Virus record (IMG/VR): IMGVR_UViG_3300032304_001576
Location: 1-62,899 of that record
Source: a virus
Taxonomy: Duplodnaviria; Caudoviricetes
Strand: one strand, 5' to 3'
DNA length: 62,899 nt
Shown: one piece after another, positions 45,813 to 55,500 of the stretch
How the letters are laid out: each line of letters begins with the position of its first letter
How positions within the stretch are numbered: position 1 is the stretch's first letter
The notes under the pieces: generated by a model
Databases searched by the model: none
What the model was told of the DNA's origin: nothing
The model's input: the letters and a program-made list of their open reading frames with translations, nothing else
Program-made: the position numbers and the translations under genes

Positions 45813-45847
45813 ACTGTATAATATTGCTAACAACGAAAGGATATCAA

Positions 45848-46183
45848 ATGGCAACCAAAGTATATGAAACTGTAGAACTAGAACTCCTTGATGGCAGAAC
45901 AATTACTGTCAAGCCCCTTAATCTTAAAAACCTCCGTGAGGTTATGAAGGAATGGCAGAAGGCCTCAGAAGTTGAAAATGAGGACGAGTTCCTTGACGTT
46001 CTAATTAAATGTACATCGATTGCTTTCCGTCAATTTGCTCCAGATTTGGCTGGAACAACTGAAGAACTTGAAGAAGCGGTAGACCTTCAGACAATGTATA
46101 AGATCCTTGAGGTTGCTGCCGATATCAAGTTGAACGACCCAAACCTAGTAGCGACGGCTCAGGAACTCGCTGGGAGGATCTAG
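45848..46183 (+). CDS. Tail assembly chaperone (gpG-like)
   Basis: Between tail tube and tape measure genes; GAAAGGA RBS. Confidence 0.85.
   Translation: MATKVYETVELELLDGRTITVKPLNLKNLREVMKEWQKASEVENEDEFLDVLIKCTSIAFRQFAPDLAGTTEELEEAVDLQTMYKILEVAADIKLNDPNLVATAQELAGRI
46138..46144 (+). other. Programmed -1 frameshift site C-CCA-AAC
   Basis: X-XXY-YYZ heptamer in correct phase; the -1 frame is open into ORF 46195..46527. Confidence 0.8.
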
Positions 46184-46194
46184 ACCTAGCCTCC

Positions 46195-46527
46195 ATGCTT
46201 GGAGAAGTCTTTCTGTTGGGACATTGGAAAGACTACGAAGAACTTGAATCGTCGCTATCTATGCCAGAACTTGCCGCTACATTAAAAGCAGTTTATGAGG
46301 CGGAAAGAAGAAGACAAAAGTTTATGGCTGCTCTTCAGGGCATAGACATTGACGAAAATTCTGAAGAACCAAAGGAGGAGTCCCGAATTCCTAGCGTAGA
46401 AGAAATTCAGGCTAGGGCAGTCGCAAGACTGACTGGTGATAAGAGTATGGCTGGAGCAATTGAACAAGGGTTTACCCCAGATATGGGTGTTATATATGAG
46501 TTAGCAGAGGGCGCTGAACTTGGCTAA
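46195..46527 (+). CDS. Tail assembly chaperone C-terminal extension (gpT-like, reached by -1 frameshift)
   Basis: -1 frame relative to the upstream ORF; WEDLDLAS.LGEVFLLGHWKDYEELE. Confidence 0.8.
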   Translation: MLGEVFLLGHWKDYEELESSLSMPELAATLKAVYEAERRRQKFMAALQGIDIDENSEEPKEESRIPSVEEIQARAVARLTGDKSMAGAIEQGFTPDMGVIYELAEGAELG

Positions 46528-49500
46528 CATTCAATCTACCATCGTATATAACGCTAATCTTTCTGCTGCCCAGGCACAAATTAAGGCTCTCACTACTCAA
46601 ATTGGAACTCTTACTGCGGCATTTAATACTTTAGATAAAGCAGCCCTTAGTACTCAAAGAAGTCTTGCGGCAACATTTGCTGCTAACGTTGGACAAATTG
46701 GTGGATTTACTGCACAAACTGTAAAGGCAACTGATGCAGTAGAAACATTTGGGAAACGTCTTGCTTCAAATAAACTGACGATGAGAGAGTATTTCCGTGA
46801 GGCTATTGCTGGATATACTAATCAAGAAAGTTTAATGAGAAGACTTGCTGCACAGCAAGTAAGATATCAACAATCTGTAGCAGTACCAATGGGTGCTGGT
46901 CAAGCAATGCTCTTGACCCCTCAGTCTATAGCGGCAGCAGGAAATGCCACCGCATTAGCCTCTCAGAAATTTTCAATATTCAATGAATTAATTAATGGTG
47001 GATCTACAGCCATGCTTAACTGGGGTAAGAATACCCAATGGGCTGGACGCCAGTTAATGGTTGGCTTTACCGTTCCCCTGATGTTGTTTACTGCTGTTGC
47101 TTCAAAACAATTCCGCGAACTTGACAAAGAATTAACTAGATTCCAGAAGGTATACGGATCTGATCTTGGTAATGCTATTAGTGCTTCAACTGCGAGAATG
47201 CGCGAAGATGTAAAAGAACTGGCGTTTGAAATTTCTCGTACCTACGGAATTGCTGCTAAGGAAACTGCTGCCCTTGCTGCAGATATTGCTGCTACGGGAG
47301 CAGAAGGAGAGCAACTATTATCATCAGTACAACAAACAACAAGACTTGCAGTACTTGGTGAAGTAGATAGACAAGAGGCAATGAAAGCAACTCTTGCACT
47401 TCAGTCTGCCTTTAAGATGAGTACTACTGAATTAGCGGAATCAATTAACTTCCTTAATGCTGTAGAAAATCAAACGTCTGCAACACTAGAGGATCTTTCA
47501 ATTGCTATCCCGAAGGTTGGGCCTGTTGTTAGATCCCTTGGGGGAGACATTGAAGATCTTTCAATACTTCTTGTTGCTATGCGTGAAGGTGGCATTCCAG
47601 CAGCAGAAGCAGCAAATGCATTAAAGTCTGGCCTTGCATCACTTATCAATCCAACAAAACAAGCATCAGAAGTAGCAAAACAATTTGGAGTAGACCTTGT
47701 TGGGATTGTAGAGGCAAATCAAGGTCAATTAATGCCAACTATTTATGCAATGAAAGATGCTCTATCTGGTTTAGATAGTTTTGCTAGGGCTAGAATTATT
47801 GAGCAAATTTTTGGTAAGTACCAGTTTGCAAGAATTACAGCCCTATTCGATAATATTGGTAGATTAGGATCACAAACACAATCGGTGGTAGAACTAGCCG
47901 CTAAATCATCTGCAGAATTAGCGGCAGTAGCAAATGGAGAAATAAGAGTTCTTACAGAATCTACAGCAGTTAAATTCCAAAGAACATTAGAAGAACTTAA
48001 AAATTCAATAATGCCAATAGGTGAGGCTATTACTGAAACCCTTATCCCCATATTTGAGTTTATTGGTAAGGGCGTAAAAATGTTTACATCATTCTTCCAA
48101 GCCCTTCCAGAGCCAGTTAAGAATTTTGCTAAATACGGGGTTGCTATAGCGGCATTAGCGGGTCCAGTAATTATGTTGGTGGGTCTATTTGGAAACCTTA
48201 TTGCTAATGGAATTAAATTTGGGATGATGATTACTAGACTAGGCGCTAGGGTTGCTGGTCTTAAATTTGAGAAATTTGAATTATTAGACAGTCATGTCAT
48301 GGCTGCCAAACTAGGAGTAGACCAACTTACTCTGTCATTTGATACACAAGAGGCAGCACTAAGAAGATTAACGGGAGTTCTATCCGCATATGAAACATCT
48401 TTAAATAGATTAACAAAATCTAATCCTGCACTATTTATTCCAGGGGCTATTCCTGGCGCTAGAGGACAGGTTCCAATTAGAAGAAGTAAAGGCTCTACTT
48501 CACCAGAAAAAGTTCCTGGTGGTTACGGTGGCGGAGACAGAATTCCAGCATTATTAGAGCCAGGAGAATCTGTAGTAACTAAAGAGGCTACTTCAAGATA
48601 CTGGCCAGTTATTTCTGCAATGAATAAAGGAAAACTTCCTGGATTCGCTAGCGGAGTAGTTTTCCTTGGAATGGCAAGAAAATATCAGGACGTACAGCAA
48701 GCAAAAGAATTAAGAACAAGATTATCTAGAGTAAATGCAGAAGCAACTACTGGAAGATTTGCTGATCTTCCAGTTACTCCTTTGGGCGCAAAAGTAACTT
48801 CAATCGGTGGTAAAAGTTCTTCTATTCCAGGAATCAATGGAGTGTATGAGGATAATGGTCAAAGGTATGTAGTTAAAACACATGATTCGGCAGACTCTGC
48901 ATTAGCAGAGGTTCGCGGATCTCAATTAACTAGAGATATTTTTGGACTTAAAACTCCTGTGCAAGAATTAATTAAAATTAAGCATCCTATAACAGGAGAT
49001 GTTGTATTTGCTGTTAGATCCCCCTATGATGCTAGATTTGCTGCCAGCAGCGGAAAGATAGATGAGGGAGATTTCTTCACTCAAGCACTTGCTTCTGTTA
49101 TTAGAAGAGATAAAGATTTACAGCCAGATAATTTATATGACGGTGTTGTAACAGATGTAGGGGCAGCCTTTGTTGCCAATAAAGCCTCTCAGCCAAGAGT
49201 AATTGGTGGAGATGTTCCAAGTGTTCAGGATCAGGCAGAGATCAACTTCTTGATGAAAAAGGGTGGGGCAAGAAAGTGGTTTGCAGAAGAAACAGCATCC
49301 TTAGCAAAATCAATGACAGAGCAAGAATATGTTAGTGGATTTAGAACAGCCATTGCTAAAGCATCTGAAAATGTCCGTGGCGCGATAGATAAACTTCCAT
49401 ATCTAGATGAAAATGAAAGACAGATGTACATGCGTTTAGTTAAAGACCTAGACGATGCTGAAAAGATAGACTGGAGCGCTGTATATAGATTCCATAAAGA

Positions 49501-52500
49501 CATAGTTCCCGAAGTTAAGCGGCCACCTACAGCCGCTGCTATTGCTAAAAAAGAGGCAGCAGAGGCAGAAAGAATTAGACAGACTGGAGATATGGCCCCA
49601 TGGCAATACGGTCTTCCGCTAACATTTAATACTGGCGGAAAAGTCCCAGGTAGCGGTGAAGGAGATAAGATTCCGGCACTACTAGAACCAGGAGAGTTTG
49701 TTGTAACTAAAAAGGCAACAAAAGATTATGCACCAATCTTACATGCAATGAATAAAGGTGTTCTTCAAGGTTTTGCCCTAGGAACTCCAAGAAATGATGC
49801 TGTAGACAAATGGTTGAGAGAATATGAGGCAGCAACTACTGGTATTGGACAGGGACAAGTTTCTCTTGGCCCATGGGATGCCACAAAAAGAGCGCGTAAA
49901 TCTAGCGCTCCTTCATCAATAAGAAACCTTGGAGCGCCAGAGGATATCCCTGGAGTTAGATGGGCTAGAGGACACTATACAGAGGCAGGCGCAGATGTAA
50001 AAAGTATGAGACTTGATAGAAATCCATTAGTTAATATATCCTGGCATCCAGAACTATGGAAATTTATTACAGATGCAGAAAATCAACTAGCAAACAAATT
50101 ATCTACGGCTGGTGCTGGATCTGCACAAATTAGACGCCAGATAGAAGTAGCCTTACGAGATACTGGAGCAAATACAGAAAAAATAGATAGAATCATGTTT
50201 GCAATAACTGAAGGCATAATGGTTCACTCTGAAGATATACAAGAATATGAAAATGCTTTAAGGCATCTGCACGCCCAGGGTGCTGACATTACATTTCTTG
50301 GAGATACTTTATCTCAGGCAGATATATTAAAGAGTCAAGGTAGACCTGGATTAGCATCTGCTACAACAACAGAACTTAGGGACGCACAAGCAATTCAATT
50401 AAGAAATTATCAGGCACTAGAAAGAAGACTCGCTGCAGATCCAGGAAATGCTGTTTTGCAGCAAGGAAGAGATAGAATTGCTAGACAAATAATTCAAATT
50501 GAGGACTATTTAGAAAAATTTGGTGAAGATGTAGGAAGATTGCCAGAAACAGTTCTTAGAAGTATTAGAGAACATTCAGATCAAGCATCTCCATCAAGAG
50601 AAGCGGAAAAGGTCGGACGAAATATGTCCGAAGGATATCTACAGGGCGCTGAAAGTGTTGATGGTCGTTCTGCTGGAGAAGATTTAGGAAGAGAAATAGT
50701 TTCTGGTGCAAAATCTTCTAAAACTAATGCAAGGCCCGTAGGCCCAGGAATTGAATCTGCTTCCACTAGCCAGCAAATTGCAGCAGCAGAGAAGTCCGTA
50801 CTTGATTATACTAAAGCCCAGGCAAAGTTCACCAGCCAGAGATCTGTTGCACAGCAACAAATAGCAGCAATTGATGCAGAAATTTTAAGATTGCGTCAAG
50901 AAGAACGTGCTGGAAGAATGACGGCTGGAACTAGACTAGCAAAAGAACTTGTATTGCTAGAAGAACGTAATAAATACGATACAGAACTTACTCGCGCTAG
51001 CAGACTTGAACAGATGTATCAAGAAAAAATTAATGCCGCAAAGCAAAGAATTGCTGCCGCAGATGAAAGACAGTTAAGAGCAGAAGAAGAAGAGGCTAGA
51101 AGGGCTGAAGCCCGTGCCCAGGCTGCTCCTGGAAGAATAACCATGGGAATGCTTGGTGGCAGCCAAACAGATGCAAAGACTCTTTCAGCAATGAGAAGAG
51201 TGCAGGCTGGTTATGGAAAGCCTGGAGATAAAGATCTTATCAATCAAGCGCTTGGAATACAAAGTGGGCCTACTGATAGTTTAAGAAGAGCCAAGGATGC
51301 CTCAGGCGATATAGATAATCGCCGTGGAATGGGCACTATGGCTCTAACAAATATAATGTTTACTCTATCGGCAGCCGTTTCTGGAATAACCGCTATGACT
51401 GGAGCATCAGAAGACGCAGCCGCAAAGATAGGTATGCTTACCACCGCGATGATGGGTCTTACTACAATACTATCGTTTAGAGATATGATTCCAGGAGGCG
51501 GTGGTTTCCTAGGGTTGAAGGCCGCTGGCGCTAAATTAAGTGATTTGGGTGCTAATAAAATACCAGCACCCTTTGCACCTACACTTGGAGGAGCGGCTGC
51601 AGCGCGTGGCGCTGGACAGTCTGTTGGGTTTGGTGCTTCAACATTACTTAGGGGTGGCGCTGCACTTTCATTTATGGGCAGCGGACCTGGAATTGCTATT
51701 GCTGCTGGACTTACTGCTGCTGTAACTGGATATATGATGTACAAAAAGGCAGCAGATGAAGCAAGAGAAAGAGCCATAGCAGCATTCGAAGATCCAGCGG
51801 AAAGCGCAAAATATTTTGGCGAAGAAATTAAGGATTTAAGTAGATTATTAGAAGAAAGAGCGGGAAGATTCCTTCCAGGAGATAATGCTGCAGCAGTAGA
51901 TCAAGGATTAAGGGATATTGTTAAAGAAGAGTACGCTCCGCTTATTGAAAAAGTTAAATACTCTAATGCCGAGGCGGGGGCTAGAGAACTAGCAATTGCA
52001 TATAATAGCATGTTGCTAAACGGACTTTCTTCAGATGCTGCTAAAGAAACTTTAAAGGCTATAGCAGTAGAAGCGGGTATAGTAGGAGGACAAGCCTATG
52101 GGGAAGCGTTCACAAGCAATCTTTTAGTAGCAGATAACGCAGAGCAGGCGATACAAGAGCAACTTGATAGATTAAATCCAGAAAATTATAAAGGGTTGGC
52201 AGACAAACTAGAAGCATCCTTGCCACAAATGCAACAGGGGGTATATGATGCTATAGATGCAGATGCTATAGATAGATGGAAACAACTAGGAAAAGGTCTT
52301 CTTCAAATAAGTGGCGTAGATTTTGAGAAACCATCAAGAGGAATATTAGATATTAGTAGATCTTTACAGAATATGGGTGCTGGCCTAACTAATGTTTGGC
52401 AATCATTTACCGGACAACTTTTTGATAGCACCCCACTTGCACAAGCAGCAGATGCTGCTTCAAATAGATTAGATCAGATTAAGAATCAGATAGAAGAAAT

Positions 52501-55500
52501 GAGAAATCTATCAGCAGATGCATTCCTAGCCAACGCAGAAGATTTTATGAAAGCATATGAGGCTGCCCCAGAAGCCGTAGTTGAGGCAATACAAACAAGT
52601 GGTCAATGGATGGATGATACTGCTGAAAATCTAGATATAGTTAAAGCCAAATTAATGGAACTTAACCCACTATCAGCAGGATTTATTAATCTTATTGGCA
52701 GTATGGAAGATGCAGTTCTAGCATTCCAATTAACAACAATGGGAATAGATTTATCTAGAGTATTTACTGTTGGTGAAGATGGTGTAATAGTATTTAATTC
52801 AGCATTAGCAGAATCAATTAAATTAACTCAAGCCTACTACGATCAACAAGAATTAGAATCAAAAGAATCATTCGACAAACTAAAAGAAAATACTGTTGCA
52901 TTTATAGATGAAGAAATCAAGGCAACTAAGAAGGGCATCAATAGAATAAATGACTACTTTGATTCATGGAAAAAGATTATTAATAAGCAAGAGCGCGAAT
53001 CTGAAAGACAATTTAAGCAAGATCAAAGAAGATCAGAGAAGTTCATTGACGCTAAAGAAGATGAAATTGATTCTATACAGGACGCTCTTGAGGCTAGCCG
53101 CGAGGCATTTGATGACAAAATGCAGCAGTATGAAGATGAAAGAAAGGCTATTGAAGATAGTTCAGATGCTTATATTAAATCTCTTCAAAAAAATCAAGCA
53201 GCCGATTCATTCTATGCACAGCAAAGACAAACTTCTCTTGGCGCTCTAGAAAAACTTGCATCTGGTGATGTGTTTGGATTCCTTCAAGATCGTGAGAAAA
53301 TGTCAGCAGATGCACAATCATTCTCCTATGACACAATGATTGCAGAGATTGAAGATAGAAGAGACCTGGAATTAAAAGCCATTGATGAAACAATGGAGAA
53401 GGAAAGAAGAAAGCAAGAAGAATATGAAGAAAATCAACAGAAGAAGATTGACTTAATCAATGATCAAATAGAGGCGGAAAGAGAATTAATGGATGCGCGT
53501 CAAAAAGCGCATGAAAAAGAATTAAGGCAGTTTGAAAAGAAGAGAAAGACTATTGAAACAAATAGAAAGATGGAGTTGAAAGATGAGCAAACTAAACTTT
53601 CCGATCTACAAAGACAAAGAGAAACTGCCCAAACTACTGAACTAAAAGATTATCAGAAGTTTACAGAAAGTCTTGGGGAAGAATACAAAAAGAGATACGG
53701 TAAAGAAATAGTTGAATTACAAAAAGTACAATACTATATTAGATTTAATGCTCTTTATCAACAAAATCAATCAAGAGAAACAAGCAAGCAACTATCTGAT
53801 GACCAATTAATGATTGCTGCATTTACTCAATCATTTGGGAAAAAGCCGCAGGCTAAAGTTCCAATTCAACAACAAATATTAAATATGGGCCTGGACCCGT
53901 ATGATCCTAACAACCCAATGTATAAGCCAAGGACAGCAGCAAACGGCGGTCTGATGAAATTTGGTGATGGAAGCGGTGGGAAGGTCGTTGGTCCAGGCGG
54001 TCCTAAGTCTGATGTAATTCCTGCATACCTATCTAATGGTGAATATGTTGTCAAGGCTTCTAGCGTAAAATCGTACGGCGTTCCAATGATGGAAGCAATT
54101 AACGCCGGAAAATTTGCATATGGCGGATATGTTGGATCTGCCGACGCCCAGGAGACCAGGGCACAGGGCAATGTATATGGAGGTACACCAAAAACAAATT
54201 ATTCATATACACCTGGATCTTCAGTTAGACAAATTCCTTGGAGCGCCAATAGGCCAAACCTTACATCATTATTAGATGATACGCCAAATGATAATTATAA
54301 GGCACGGGGTAAGTATGCTGATAGAAAATATGTAGCGTACGCATTAGAGGCTAAAGAATATAGACCAGGATATTCTGGCGGTAAAAAGTGGCGCGAGAAT
54401 ATGTCAAGGATGCAAAACCTTGGGCTGAATATAACTAGTGCTTTTGAAGAGTGGCGCAATCTTAGAAGGTGGGAGAAAGAACAGTTTATTAGAGGACTTC
54501 CACCAACAACAACTTCTTCGCAACAAACTACTAATTCTACTACTACGAATAATTATCCAGGAACAACTATACCTTCTGCTCAAATGAGAGGTGAGGGTAC
54601 ATCACCTTACTACAAAGACTGGTGGACCAACTATGAATCTAAGGCAAAGGCATATCTAAGAACTCTTCCAGGCGGGGCAAATAGATGGATGATTGAACAC
54701 TTCCAAGATACAGATGGGCATCATTCATATAGAATTATTCCAAGGGCTCAGGATAATAGACCTTGGTGGCAAAAACTTCTTCAACCAGCGTATGATGATG
54801 GCGCAGGGCATCTTAAGGGAGACTATAACTATGATGGAAAAACTTGGCCAAATAAGGGAGATAAAGGAACTGCAGTAGATTATGGGTGGAAAGATGGAGG
54901 ATTAGTTAAAGGTTTTAAAAATGGTGGAATAATTAAAGCCTATGACGGCACCTATGTATCTGCCGACCGTGCAGAAACTAATGCTGCAGATCGCCGCGCC
55001 CGTAACCAAAACCGTACTACAACAACATATACTGGTGGAACACCAACAGCAGCATATGCTCCAAAAGCATCATATTACACGACTCCAAACTGGAATCCAA
55101 GAAAACACGGAGTTCTGCCACAATATAAAAATCCTCTTCCCATAGGAAGAATTGCTGGAACTACAAATCCATATTCTATGGCTGGAGCATTTACAGCGGA
55201 TACAGCAACTATGTATTCACAAAATTATTCACATAAACTTCCCGCATATGCTTCATACGATCAGATACAAAGTCGTTTAATGAGCAAGGCATTTAATAAT
55301 TATGGCTCTAGTCAAGGTGGCGATAGATGGAAACAAATTGCTTCTATGCTAGCCTCACCATATGATACTCCAGCAAAACAAAGATTAATTTCTTCTGCGA
55401 GAGGTGTGCCAACAATGGCATACTGGAGAAACTTAAGTAGAGAGCAAAAAGATTGGTTTATTAGATATGCAACTACTGGCAATGGTGCTAGTTGGACTGG

